64,000 nt of DNA, from NCBI GenBank assembly GCA_001821765.1, contig MHOA01000008.1, forward strand, positions 167 through 64,166, read 5' to 3'. A program made the translations under genes and the position numbers. Origin of the DNA: Candidatus Ryanbacteria bacterium RIFCSPLOWO2_12_FULL_44_26. Its GTDB lineage: Bacteria; Patescibacteriota; Minisyncoccia; Ryanbacterales; HO2-45-13. Below the pieces are notes generated by a model. The model had not been told where the DNA came from. It saw nothing but the letters and a program-made list of their open reading frames with translations, and searched no databases. Positions 40,099 through 50,403 of the stretch are shown here, piece by piece (the first letter of the stretch is position 1; every line of letters starts with the position of its first letter).

Positions 40099-41475
40099 CT
40101 ACGACTTTTCAATCAGTCTTTTTAAGTTTTCTAAATTTTCTTTTAAAAGCCATTCATTATCCGCTTCAACATTTAAGCGCGCAACTGGCTCGGTATTGGA
40201 CATACGCAAGTTAAACCACCAATCATCATATGTTACCGTAAGGCCGTCAAGCCAGTACAACTTCTTTGCGTCTTTAAAATGAAGGGCGATTCCTTCAAGA
40301 AACGTTTCTTGACTGCCAACCTGAAAATTGATCTCTCCAGAAGAAACATACGCTCTGTAAGGAGCAACAACTGAACTGAAGGGCATTTTTTGTAAAGACA
40401 ATATCTCTAAAAAATATAAAAACGCAAAGAGTGCGGAATCAGCAAAGAAAAAATCCTTGAAATAATAATGGCCAGACAGCTCTCCTCCAAAAACAGCGTT
40501 CTCCTTTCGCATCAGCGATTTTATAAATGCATGCCCAACTTTTGACTCAAGCGCCGCTCCCCCATTTGAGGCAATCGTTTCCGGGACAATGCGGCTTGAC
40601 CGCAAATCATATACTATCTTCCCGCCTTTGTGTTTCTTTAACATAGAATCAGCCAAAAAAGCAGTGATAAGATCATTTTGAACAATCCTGCCGTTTTCAT
40701 CCACAAATCCGATCCGATCGCCATCTCCGTCAAACGCAATTCCAAAGTCGGCCTGCACTTCAAGCACCTTTGCAATCAAATCTTTCAGCGTTGACGTATC
40801 GAGAGGGTTTGCTGTGTGATAGGGGAAACGCATATCAATATCAAAATAAAGAGGAAACACCTCAATAGGCAGTCTTTTGAGAAGCAATGGGAGCACATGC
40901 CCAACCATGCCGTTTCCAGTATCAATCACAACGCGAAACGGCTTAACGGACGAAACGCTGATATGTTCTAACAGAAAATCTATATATGGCTTTTTAAAAT
41001 CTTGTTTGTGTGAGAGGTTTTTTTCGCTTCCTTTTTTATCTTCTTTATCAAAGATGCCGCGGAGCGCAATTTGCTTTATTTCCTCCATCCCGGAATCCTT
41101 GCCAATCGGCACTGCCCCTCTACGAGTCAATTTAAAGCCGTTATATGATGCCGGATTATGAGAAGCGGTTACCATAATGCCTCCGTCTGCTCCAGCATGA
41201 TTGACAGAAAAATAATGCATGGGAGTAGTGGCAAGTCCACCGTCAATAATATTGATATGCTCTGCAATAAGACCCTCTATCAAACCGTTTTTAAGCCGCG
41301 GGGAATGTTCCCGGGCATCGGCCTGCACCACAACAGCAAAAAGCTTTTTGGACGGATGAGTATCCTTCATAAATACGCCGTACGCACGCCCGATAATATA
41401 GGCGCCTTGCTCGTCCAATTCTTGTCCGACAATCCCGCGAATATCATATGCCTTAAATATATTCGCCTTTATCAT
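40099..41475 (-). CDS. Phosphomannomutase/phosphoglucomutase family protein (alpha-D-phosphohexomutase).
   Basis: Phosphoserine loop TASHNPASYNGFK and Mg loop FDGDGDR are present. Size is 458 aa. Confidence 0.85.
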   Translation of the reverse strand: MIKANIFKAYDIRGIVGQELDEQGAYIIGRAYGVFMKDTHPSKKLFAVVVQADAREHSPRLKNGLIEGLIAEHINIIDGGLATTPMHYFSVNHAGADGGIMVTASHNPASYNGFKLTRRGAVPIGKDSGMEEIKQIALRGIFDKEDKKGSEKNLSHKQDFKKPYIDFLLEHISVSSVKPFRVVIDTGNGMVGHVLPLLLKRLPIEVFPLYFDIDMRFPYHTANPLDTSTLKDLIAKVLEVQADFGIAFDGDGDRIGFVDENGRIVQNDLITAFLADSMLKKHKGGKIVYDLRSSRIVPETIASNGGAALESKVGHAFIKSLMRKENAVFGGELSGHYYFKDFFFADSALFAFLYFLEILSLQKMPFSSVVAPYRAYVSSGEINFQVGSQETFLEGIALHFKDAKKLYWLDGLTVTYDDWWFNLRMSNTEPVARLNVEADNEWLLKENLENLKRLIEKS

Positions 41476-41595
41476 ATTACTGCATCATATCATAGCTCAT
41501 CTGAAACCTCACACGCATTTCATGTATAAAACACGGCATAGCGCCCTCAATATGTTGCCATTGACCATGCAGTATTTTTCTGATACCATCATAAA

Positions 41596-42015
41596 ATGGC
41601 ACAAGAAACCCAATACTACGAATTGAGCTATCTGCTTAAACCCACGCTCGGAGAAGAAGAGATAAAAGAGTTTAAAAATGAACTGAAAACCGCAATTGAG
41701 GAACGAAATGGGATTGTTGAATCTTCGGATAACGCCCAGAAAAGAAAGCTTGCATACGAAATGAACAATTTTCATGAAGCACATTTCGGTGTAATGCGGT
41801 TTACGATTTTTCCCCACACCGTTGAAGGACTCCAAGAACTACTTTTAAGTAAAGAACACCTGATAAGACATATGGTTGTGAAATGGCAAAGGCATGAACT
41901 TAAAAAACCGCCAGCCCCAAAGCCAACATACACACCAAAAAAGGAAGAAAAAGAAAAAACGACCATAGAAACAATCGACAAGAAGTTAGACGAGATTTTA
42001 CAGGATGAAATCTAA
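41596..42015 (+). CDS. rpsF: 30S ribosomal protein S6 (with a C-terminal extension).
   Basis: YELSYLLKP...RKLAYEMNNFHEAHFGVMRF is the S6 pattern. It is the first gene of the rpsF-ssb-rpsR cluster. Confidence 0.75.
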   Translation: MAQETQYYELSYLLKPTLGEEEIKEFKNELKTAIEERNGIVESSDNAQKRKLAYEMNNFHEAHFGVMRFTIFPHTVEGLQELLLSKEHLIRHMVVKWQRHELKKPPAPKPTYTPKKEEKEKTTIETIDKKLDEILQDEI

Positions 42016-42177
42016 ATGGTTTCCAACCGATGTAAATATATCAATGTCCCAACATACTATTGAAAACAACGATAATGAAGTTTGGGATTCTCAATCCTTG
42101 TGTGGATTGGGAAATGCTCATGAGACAAATATATTTGTATCAATGGCATTGATGAGCAAATAAGTATTATATCAATC

Positions 42178-42609
42178 ATGAATGTAAACAAAGCATTTAT
42201 CATCGGAAATCTCACACGTGATCCGGAGTTGCGGTCACTGCCTTCCGGACAAGCGGTCGCAACCTTTGGAGTCGCAACAAATCGTTTTTGGAAAAATCAA
42301 AGCGGTGAACGCCAACAACAGGTAGAATATCATAACATCGTTGCCTTTGGCCGCCTTGCTGAAATTGCTGGTCAATATTTAAATAAAGGGAAAATGGTGT
42401 TTATCGAGGGAAGAATGCAAACCAGGTCATGGGACGCACAAGACGGAACAAAAAAAACGCGAACTGAAATAATCGCGGAGCGAATGCAACTCGGGCCGCG
42501 TTCCTCTGGCGACGCCGCACGACCACAAGGCACAGAACAACCCGCGGAAGATATACAAACCGTGCAATATCCCGATGAGGTAATTAATCCTGACGAGATA
42601 CCGTTCTAG
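42178..42609 (+). CDS. ssb: Single-stranded DNA-binding protein.
   Basis: MNVNKAFIIGNLTRDPELR...VAFGRLAEIA, an OB-fold with an acidic C-terminal tail DEIPF. Confidence 0.9.
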   Translation: MNVNKAFIIGNLTRDPELRSLPSGQAVATFGVATNRFWKNQSGERQQQVEYHNIVAFGRLAEIAGQYLNKGKMVFIEGRMQTRSWDAQDGTKKTRTEIIAERMQLGPRSSGDAARPQGTEQPAEDIQTVQYPDEVINPDEIPF

Positions 42610-42710
42610 TCCCTGTCTTCCTTATATGCTTTCAAAATTCCAAATAATAATGAAACCATCAAACCAGTAACAAGATGAGACAGTTGACAGAATAAATCAG
42701 CTAAAAAACC

Positions 42711-42923
42711 ATGAGCGAAGCTCAAAAACAATGTCATTTCTGCACCAACAACGCAAAAATCATTAACTACAAAGACAGCGAGTTGCTGCGAAAATATATG
42801 ACGCCGCAAGCCCGAATTATGCCCAAACGCCGTTCAGGAGTTTGCGCAAAGCATCAGCGAATACTTGCCCGGGCCATCAAACGCGCACGAACCATGGGAC
42901 TTGTTCCATTTACGATACGATAA
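42711..42923 (+). CDS. rpsR: 30S ribosomal protein S18.
   Basis: CHFCTNNAKIINYKDSELLRKYMTPQARIMPKRRSGVCAKHQRILARAIKRARTMGLVPF. Confidence 0.9.
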   Translation: MSEAQKQCHFCTNNAKIINYKDSELLRKYMTPQARIMPKRRSGVCAKHQRILARAIKRARTMGLVPFTIR

Positions 42924-43000
42924 GACGAGTCCGAAGTTTAAAATTCGAAACTATATAAATCAAGCGCTGAACGATTGAGCTAAAAGTGTATCTGGCTCTA

Positions 43001-43996
43001 CTAACTTTTCTCTTTCATTGCCTCTTTGAGCGCCTTTTCAAGTTCACCGCGCACTTTCTTGTTCTCTTTTAAAAACTTGCGTGCGGCATCATACCCCTGA
43101 CCGAGTTTTGTCTCCCCAAACGAATAGGAAGCCCCCGAACGTTTTATAAGCTCCCACTTAAGGCACAAGTTAATCAAATCTCCTTCAAACGATATCCCCT
43201 CGTTATAAAGCAAGTCAAACTCGGCTGTTCTAAAAGGAGGGGCGACTTTGTTTTTCACTACTTTTGCGCGCACACGGTTTCCAATGATTTCGTCGCCTTT
43301 TTTAATCTGCGCCGAGCGGCGGACTTCAATCCTGACGGATGAATAAAACTTTAATGCCTTTCCTCCCGGCGTCGTTTCCGGATTTCCAAACATAATACCG
43401 ATCTGCATGCGTATCTGGTTTATAAATATAATAGCGGTATTTGTCTTTGAAACCACTGATGTTAATTTCCGAAGCGCGTGGGACATAAGCCGTGCTTGAA
43501 GACCAATATGCTGCTGCCCCATTTCACCTTCAATCTCCGCTCTCGGTGTTAAAGCCGCCACAGAATCCACCACAATAACTGAAACTTCACCGGATCGCAC
43601 CAAACTCTCAACAATCTCAAGCGCCTGCTCTCCCGTGTCTGGTTGAGATATGAGAAGCTCGTTGGTGTGAACGCCGATTTTTTTCGCATAATCGGGATCT
43701 AAAGCGTGCTCTGCGTCAATAAAAGCACACAAACCACCGCTCCGCTGGGCTTCACGGATAATGTGAAGCGCAAGGGTTGTTTTACCGGACGACTCCGGGC
43801 CGAAAATCTCAACAACTCTTCCTTGCGGAATGCCGCCGACCCCAAGCGCAAGGTTTAATGAATAGCTTCCAGTTGAAATTGATGGGAGGTCACGAACTAA
43901 AATGCTGTCAAGTTTCATAATAGAACCCTCCCCGTACTTCGCCTCAATTTCCTTAAGTGTTTTTTCTATCTCGTGTTTTTTGGTTTCTTTTGCCAT
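43001..43996 (-). CDS. recA: Recombinase RecA.
   Basis: [29 protein letters not shown], the L1/L2 loops, size 331 aa. Confidence 0.97.
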   Translation of the reverse strand: MAKETKKHEIEKTLKEIEAKYGEGSIMKLDSILVRDLPSISTGSYSLNLALGVGGIPQGRVVEIFGPESSGKTTLALHIIREAQRSGGLCAFIDAEHALDPDYAKKIGVHTNELLISQPDTGEQALEIVESLVRSGEVSVIVVDSVAALTPRAEIEGEMGQQHIGLQARLMSHALRKLTSVVSKTNTAIIFINQIRMQIGIMFGNPETTPGGKALKFYSSVRIEVRRSAQIKKGDEIIGNRVRAKVVKNKVAPPFRTAEFDLLYNEGISFEGDLINLCLKWELIKRSGASYSFGETKLGQGYDAARKFLKENKKVRGELEKALKEAMKEKS

Positions 43997-44112
43997 ATGT
44001 TCCTCATTTCCCTAACTTGTTAGTTTCACAAGTTTCTGTAACTTTTTCACTGTACCGGTTTTCTGGCGTTTATTCCCAACAAACTTATGAAGCTAACAGA
44101 TAAGAAGCTATC

Positions 44113-44424
44113 CTATTTTACCACAATTGCGCGCGTGACGCGAGCCTCTTTTTGAAACCGATTCCTCACCTCAACAATAATATCATGATAACCCTTGGTG
44201 AGCGGAAGGTTTTCAGAAAAAAATCCATCATCATCGCTATACGCCTCAAACCCGTTGATAGTTAACCGTGTATTGGGGTCAGTTTTTCCGCTGATAAACA
44301 CATTCCCAACAACTGTTTCACCGTTGATTGGATACTCAACAAATAACTGAGGTCCAAATAGAAAATCACTTGCCTGAAAAACAAAATAACCAATTAAAAG
44401 CAGAATAAAGAAGTTCACTATCAT
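44113..44424 (-). CDS. Small membrane-anchored protein with an Ig-like domain, hypothetical. The ORF-track N-terminus overlaps the end of ftsK; the start is probably MIVNFFILL.
   Basis: TM helix followed by a beta-rich ~80-aa domain. Confidence 0.4.
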   Translation of the reverse strand: MIVNFFILLLIGYFVFQASDFLFGPQLFVEYPINGETVVGNVFISGKTDPNTRLTINGFEAYSDDDGFFSENLPLTKGYHDIIVEVRNRFQKEARVTRAIVVK

Positions 44425-44482
44425 AAAAAACGGCACCCGCCTTCTCGGCGTAACTGCAGTTTCTTTCATAATATGAAAATCT

Positions 44483-46777
44483 TCAAACTTGCCCATGTAA
44501 GTCGGCAGGTTCATCGTTTGTAATCAATACCTCTCGAGGTTTTGCCCCGTCTCCAGGCCCGATAACACCGTTTTCCTCCAGCAGGTCAAGCAAGCGTGCG
44601 GCGCGCGCATAGCCAACCCTAAGTCTCCGCTGAAGATATGACGCAGACGCCTTTTGGGTTTTCACAACCATGTCATACGCAGTTTGATATAACTCGTCAT
44701 CCATCTCATCTTCCTGTATGAAGCCGGGATGAGACTCCACGTCATTAAAACTTTCGGCATATTCCGCTTTTCCCTGCCGGCGCACAAAATCGGTCACGCG
44801 GCGCACTTCTTTCTCTGTAATAAAAGCGCCTTGTATTCGGCGCGGCTTTGAGGCGTCTCCCGACTGGTATAACATATCGCCATTGCCAAGCAGTTTATCA
44901 GCTCCCGCGCCATCTAAAATGGTACGAGAATCCACTTGTGATGCAACCTGAAACGCGATGCGGGAAGTAATATTCGCTTTAATAAGCCCCGTAATAACCT
45001 CCACTGAAGGACGCTGGGTAGAAACCACCAAGTGAATACCCACAGCTCTTGCCATCTGCGCGAGACGTACAATGGATCCTTCTATATCGCGAGCGTTGGA
45101 TGCCATAATATCCGCAAGCTCATCAATAATAACAACAATAAATGGAATGGGCTCATCAGTTTTCTCATTATACGAACGGATGTCCCGAGCGCGCATCTCA
45201 GCAAACATTTCATACCGCCGTTCCATTTCCAAAACCATCCAGCGAAGCGCTTTTATGGCTCCTTTAGCCGTTGTCACGACTGGAGAAAGCAGGTGAGGAA
45301 TGTCATGGTAATGCATCAGTTCCACCCGCTTTGGATCAATTAAAAGCAATTTTAAAACACTTGGAGCGTTTTTGTATAAAAGGCTCATAATCATAATATG
45401 AATGGAAATCGACTTTCCGCTTCCGGTACTCCCCGCGATCAGCAGATGCGGCATGGTCGTTATACTCGCAAATACGCTTTCACCGCGCACATCTCTGCCG
45501 AGGGGAAACAGTAAAGGTCCTCCATTTTTAAAAACATCCTTTTCCAATAAACTTCTAAGTCTTACAAGCGCAATGGAACGGTTTGGAATTTCAATTCCGA
45601 CAAGCGACCTTCCCGGAATCGGCGCTTCTAAGCGCAATGGATGCGCAGCAAGAGCAAGGGCAAGGTCATTTTGCAAAGCTGAAATTTTCGAAAGTTTTAC
45701 TCCTTGTGCGGGTTTTAGCGTATATTGTGTGACTGACGGACCAACACTGACTTCACCCATTTCAACAGGAATGCCGAATTGCTCAAGTGTCCGCTGGATA
45801 ATATTGGCATTCGCCTTGATATCGCCGGATGAAGGCGTCCCTTTATCATCTTCCAACAGCGCAAATGGAGGATGAACGTACTTTGGATGCGCAGATAAAC
45901 CGCTGGATAGCTTTTGCCCCATAACATAAGCTTCCTCACCCGGCACACCTCTTGCATCGCGATAAGACGCCGGCGATACATCGTCGACGACGCTGTCTGG
46001 AAGAGTTTTTGACGCTTGCTCTTTTCCTGACACCTCTTCGTTCTTATCATCTTGGGTTTTTGCATCCGTATCCAACACCTCCCCGGAGGTTATTACCCCT
46101 GTATCTACAGCAACAGCTTTGTTCACTTTCCCGTCAGACATTGCTGTATCCTTTTTGCGGACAAGCGGGACGTTAAATGCAACTAAAAACCCGACAACAA
46201 GCACGACAGCCAACAAAACACCCGAAGCCCAAACATCCAAAAAACTGATCAGTGCTGAGGATACAATGTTGCCAATAAAACCAGCCGGGCGCTCGGCAAC
46301 ATCCGTCCCTAAAATATCAACAAACCCAAGGGTGCTTATAAGTATTAAAAATCCACCGAAGAAAACCGAAGGGAAAAAACGGCGTTCAATGGAAAATAGA
46401 AATGAGAAGGCGAGTAAAAACAGTACAAGCGGAAAGAGCAAAAACGCATGCCCAAAAAGAAGAAACGCCGATGCATAAAGAATATTCCCCCCCCATCCTG
46501 CTTTCCCAAACCAAGCAAGAACGGAAAGCGCTGCAAACAAAAACATAAGAAGCCCAATGATACTCTCCTTTGTTTCCTGATTTAGGCTGCGATACCAGTG
46601 GACAGGGAAACTCCCAAAAAACGAGAATGCCCACCATCTCCTTTTTCTTCTACTTTTTCGTGCCACATTCCTTATTATAAAGCAGACCTTATAAAGATTG
46701 AAACAAGGAAGCGATAACGCTGCCAAAACGTACCCAAAAAATAATACACGCGCCGAAGCACAGATAACAAGATGCAA
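44483..46777 (-). CDS. ftsK: DNA translocase FtsK/SpoIIIE.
   Basis: N-terminal TM domain. Walker A GSTGSGKS, Walker B VVIIDELAD, and a gamma-domain wHTH (SYLQRRLRVGYARAARLLDLLEENGVIGP). Confidence 0.95.
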   Translation of the reverse strand: MHLVICASARVLFFGYVLAALSLPCFNLYKVCFIIRNVARKSRRKRRWWAFSFFGSFPVHWYRSLNQETKESIIGLLMFLFAALSVLAWFGKAGWGGNILYASAFLLFGHAFLLFPLVLFLLAFSFLFSIERRFFPSVFFGGFLILISTLGFVDILGTDVAERPAGFIGNIVSSALISFLDVWASGVLLAVVLVVGFLVAFNVPLVRKKDTAMSDGKVNKAVAVDTGVITSGEVLDTDAKTQDDKNEEVSGKEQASKTLPDSVVDDVSPASYRDARGVPGEEAYVMGQKLSSGLSAHPKYVHPPFALLEDDKGTPSSGDIKANANIIQRTLEQFGIPVEMGEVSVGPSVTQYTLKPAQGVKLSKISALQNDLALALAAHPLRLEAPIPGRSLVGIEIPNRSIALVRLRSLLEKDVFKNGGPLLFPLGRDVRGESVFASITTMPHLLIAGSTGSGKSISIHIMIMSLLYKNAPSVLKLLLIDPKRVELMHYHDIPHLLSPVVTTAKGAIKALRWMVLEMERRYEMFAEMRARDIRSYNEKTDEPIPFIVVIIDELADIMASNARDIEGSIVRLAQMARAVGIHLVVSTQRPSVEVITGLIKANITSRIAFQVASQVDSRTILDGAGADKLLGNGDMLYQSGDASKPRRIQGAFITEKEVRRVTDFVRRQGKAEYAESFNDVESHPGFIQEDEMDDELYQTAYDMVVKTQKASASYLQRRLRVGYARAARLLDLLEENGVIGPGDGAKPREVLITNDEPADLHGQV

Positions 46778-46804
46778 ACAGAAGAAACAATATCCCTTAC
46801 TGTT

Positions 46805-49800
46805 TTATTTTTTTCGATGAAAACCTGTGCCGGCGGGGATTAAACGCCCGATAATGACATTTTCTTTAAGTCCTAACAACGTGTCTTCTCTTCCTTCAAG
46901 CGCTGCACGTATGAGTACTTTGGACGTTTCCTGAAACGACGCGGCTGAAAGGAAACTTGTTGTGGTTAAAGCAACTTTTGTGATACCCATAAGGATTTCC
47001 TCAGCGGTAGACGGTTGGCCTCCAGCAGCTATGATCTTGTCATTTTCCTCCATCCACGTGCTTCTCTCAAGAATTTCCCCTTCGGCATATGCGGTATCGT
47101 TTGGTTTTATAACACGCACGCGAGAAAACATCTGCCGCACAATAATTTCAATATGTTTCTGATTAATCGCGGCTCCCTGCAGGGTATACATTTTTAATAC
47201 CTCATTTAAAATGTATCGCACTACAGCCGACTTCCCCGCGGTTTCATATAAGATCTTTAATTCCAGCGGGCCGTCAGATAAAGCGTTTCCTACTTTGACG
47301 GTATCTCCTTTTTTTACAGCCACCATTCTTCCAAAAGGAACGGCATATTCTATAACATCATCCTTCGCAGCCGTTCCGCTTTTCTTTGAACCTCCGCCCG
47401 TTTTCATCACTGACACAACCTTTTCTCTGTTCTTTTTCACTGTAATGTCTAATACCTGTCCATCAATTTCGGTAATGACAGCACTGTTTTTAGGGATTCT
47501 TGTTTCAAATATCTCCTGTACACGCGGCAGACCGAGCGTAATATCAGTGCCACCCGCACCAACAGCGCCACCGGTATGAAATGTGCGCATGGTAAGCTGG
47601 GTTCCAGGCTCCCCAATAGCTTGTGCAGCAACGACCCCTACGGCCTCTCCAAGGTTCACAAACTCATTATGTCCAAGGTCATAACCATAACACTTCCTGC
47701 AAACACCTCTTTTGGTTTGACACGTGACCGGAGAACGCAGAAAAACTGATCGCACCCCCATGTTATCAATACGCTCAGCATCTTCAGGAGATATAAGATG
47801 CCCTTTTTTAAAAATGATAGAGTTCTCATGTTGGTCCCTCACCGCTTCCAAGAGCGTCCTTCCAAATATACGCTGTCGAAACAGCACACCTTCCCTTTCA
47901 AGATCTTCACGACATACCTCAACTCCTTCCTTTACCTTACAATCTTCTTCAATTACCACAACATCATGGGAAACGTCAACCAACCGGCGTGTCAAATATC
48001 CTGCGACTGCAGTTTTAAGAGCGGTATCTGCAGTTCCTTTTCTTGCTCCATGAGTAGATATAAAATACTCAAACACCGAGAGTCCTTCCTTGTAACTGGA
48101 AAGAATAGGAAGTTCAATAATTCTGCCAGCTGGGTTCCTCATAAGCCCCCTTAAGGCCGACATTTGTGTAATAGAGCCCCAGGAACCGCGCGCTGAAGAG
48201 TTGACCATATAGTAGACGGGCCCATCCTTATCAAGGGTTTTCGGAACGTCGTCTGAAATCTCTTTGGTTACGTTACTCCACACCTCAACCACCTTTATAT
48301 ATCGTTCATCCTCAGTCAGGAATCCGTTGTTATACTGCTCCTGAATAGTATGCACTTCCTTTTGGCCTTTTTGTATCAGATCGTCCTTCCGTACAGGTAT
48401 GGTAAGGTCCTCCATACCCCAACTAATACCAGATCTGGTGGCGTACTCAAAGCCAATTTCTTTAATACGGTCCAAAACGTGGCACACCTCACTAGACTCG
48501 TATTTTCGGAGAAGTATATCAATAAGACTAGTCAACTTTCGTTTATTCAACACTTCATTAATGAAATCATAACCATCCGGTAAAACAGCATTAAAAAGAA
48601 TCCTCCCCACCGAAGTCTCCAACAAAAATGTAGATCCGCTGGATTTTCTGTCAACGATCTGCACCCGCGCTCTCAGCGCAACATCACCTACGTCGTGAGC
48701 AAGTACTGCTTCATTTTTTGAAGAAAAAATTCTTCCCTCTCCCTTTGCTCCACCTTCAAAATGTGTGAGCCAGTAACAACCAAGCACCACATCCTGTGTG
48801 GGAACCGCAATGCTTTCTCCGGTGCCAGGTTTTAACAAATTACGGGTTGCGGTCATAATGTCACGAGCTTCTTTCTGCGCCTCATCAGTAAGTGGAACAT
48901 GTACAGCCATTTGATCACCGTCAAAATCCGCGTTGAATGCCTGACAAACAAGCGGATGCAACTCAATGGCATTGCCTTCAACCAATAGCGGTTTGAACGC
49001 TTGAATACCTAAACGATGAAGCGTCGGAGCCCTGTTTAAGAGCACGAATTTATCCTCAATCACCTCTTCCAATATTGCCCACACTTCCGAAGTAGCCTCA
49101 TCAATGAGTTTCCCAGCACCCCGAATATTATAAGCAAGCTCTCTGGCAACAATTTTCTGAATCACAAATGGCCTAAAAAGCTCCAGCGCCATATGCTTGG
49201 GAAGCCCGCATTGATGCAGTTTGAGATCTGCTCCAACAACGATAACCGAACGTCCTGAATAATCCACGCGCTTCCCTAATAAATTCTGCCTAAAACGCCC
49301 CTGCTTACCCTTTAACATATCCGCGAGTGACCGAAGAGGTCTTCGCTGCTCATGTGCATTGACCGGCGAACCTCCGCGACGCATTGAATTATCTAAAAGA
49401 GCATCAACAGCCTCTTGAAGCATCCTTTTTTCATTCCTTGTAATCACTTCGGGGGCACCCAATTCAAAAAGTCTTTTTAAGCGGTTGTTACGGTTGATAA
49501 CACGGCGGTAAAGATCATTCACATCCGAAGAAGCGTGTCTGCCGCCATCAAGTGGAACCATTGGACGAAGATCCGGGGGTATCACGGGGAGCGCTGTGAG
49601 AAACATCCATTCAGGCTTTGACCTCGCTTTCAGCAACGACTTTATAAGACGGAGACGCTGGAGTATCTTTTTCCGAATGGCCGGCGAAACATTCTTGGCT
49701 TTTTCTTCAAGTTCATTCCCCAACGAGAGCAGATCGAGACGTTCTATAATCTTTTTAAGCGCTTCGGCGCCTGTTTCTGCTTCAAAAACGTTGCCATATT

Positions 49801-50395
49801 TGAGAGACAATTTGTGATACTCAACTTCGGAAAGAACAGTATGGGGTTTTAGGATTTTGATTTCATTTCTGGCTCTCTCCGTTGCTTCTCTTAAGGCGCT
49901 CTTAGTAGTTTCCTTTGCTTTCAACTTACTCTCGTGCTGAACGGCTTTGAGAGCAGCAGCGCGTTCTTTTTCATTAACAACTGTCACAATATAACCGGCA
50001 AAGTAAATAATCTTTTCCAAATCAGCGATTGAAAGATCAAGCAAAAGTCCAATTCTACTGGGAATGCTCCTTACAAACCAGATATGTGCGACGGGGGAAG
50101 CAAGGTCAATATGAGCCATGCGCTCACGTCTGACTATTGAACGAGTAACTTCTACCCCGCATTTATCACAAACCACGCCTTTATACCGAATACGCCGGTA
50201 TTTCCCGCAATAGCATTCAAAATCTTTCGTCGGGCCAAAGATGCGCTCACAAAATAGGCCGTCTCTTTCAGGGCGCTGTGTTCGATAATTTATCGTTTCC
50301 GGTTTCAAAACCTCTCCACTGGACCACGAGCGAATAGTTTCAGGAGAAGCAAGACGGAGTATTATTGATTGAAGATCATCTGCGCGTCTTTCCAT
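46805..50395 (-). CDS. rpoC: DNA-directed RNA polymerase subunit beta'.
   Basis: 1196 aa. Zinc-finger CxxC...CxxC, NADFDGD catalytic motif, trigger-loop region. Confidence 0.98.
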   Translation of the reverse strand: MERRADDLQSIILRLASPETIRSWSSGEVLKPETINYRTQRPERDGLFCERIFGPTKDFECYCGKYRRIRYKGVVCDKCGVEVTRSIVRRERMAHIDLASPVAHIWFVRSIPSRIGLLLDLSIADLEKIIYFAGYIVTVVNEKERAAALKAVQHESKLKAKETTKSALREATERARNEIKILKPHTVLSEVEYHKLSLKYGNVFEAETGAEALKKIIERLDLLSLGNELEEKAKNVSPAIRKKILQRLRLIKSLLKARSKPEWMFLTALPVIPPDLRPMVPLDGGRHASSDVNDLYRRVINRNNRLKRLFELGAPEVITRNEKRMLQEAVDALLDNSMRRGGSPVNAHEQRRPLRSLADMLKGKQGRFRQNLLGKRVDYSGRSVIVVGADLKLHQCGLPKHMALELFRPFVIQKIVARELAYNIRGAGKLIDEATSEVWAILEEVIEDKFVLLNRAPTLHRLGIQAFKPLLVEGNAIELHPLVCQAFNADFDGDQMAVHVPLTDEAQKEARDIMTATRNLLKPGTGESIAVPTQDVVLGCYWLTHFEGGAKGEGRIFSSKNEAVLAHDVGDVALRARVQIVDRKSSGSTFLLETSVGRILFNAVLPDGYDFINEVLNKRKLTSLIDILLRKYESSEVCHVLDRIKEIGFEYATRSGISWGMEDLTIPVRKDDLIQKGQKEVHTIQEQYNNGFLTEDERYIKVVEVWSNVTKEISDDVPKTLDKDGPVYYMVNSSARGSWGSITQMSALRGLMRNPAGRIIELPILSSYKEGLSVFEYFISTHGARKGTADTALKTAVAGYLTRRLVDVSHDVVVIEEDCKVKEGVEVCREDLEREGVLFRQRIFGRTLLEAVRDQHENSIIFKKGHLISPEDAERIDNMGVRSVFLRSPVTCQTKRGVCRKCYGYDLGHNEFVNLGEAVGVVAAQAIGEPGTQLTMRTFHTGGAVGAGGTDITLGLPRVQEIFETRIPKNSAVITEIDGQVLDITVKKNREKVVSVMKTGGGSKKSGTAAKDDVIEYAVPFGRMVAVKKGDTVKVGNALSDGPLELKILYETAGKSAVVRYILNEVLKMYTLQGAAINQKHIEIIVRQMFSRVRVIKPNDTAYAEGEILERSTWMEENDKIIAAGGQPSTAEEILMGITKVALTTTSFLSAASFQETSKVLIRAALEGREDTLLGLKENVIIGRLIPAGTGFHRKK

Positions 50396-50403
50396 AAGCG
50401 TAA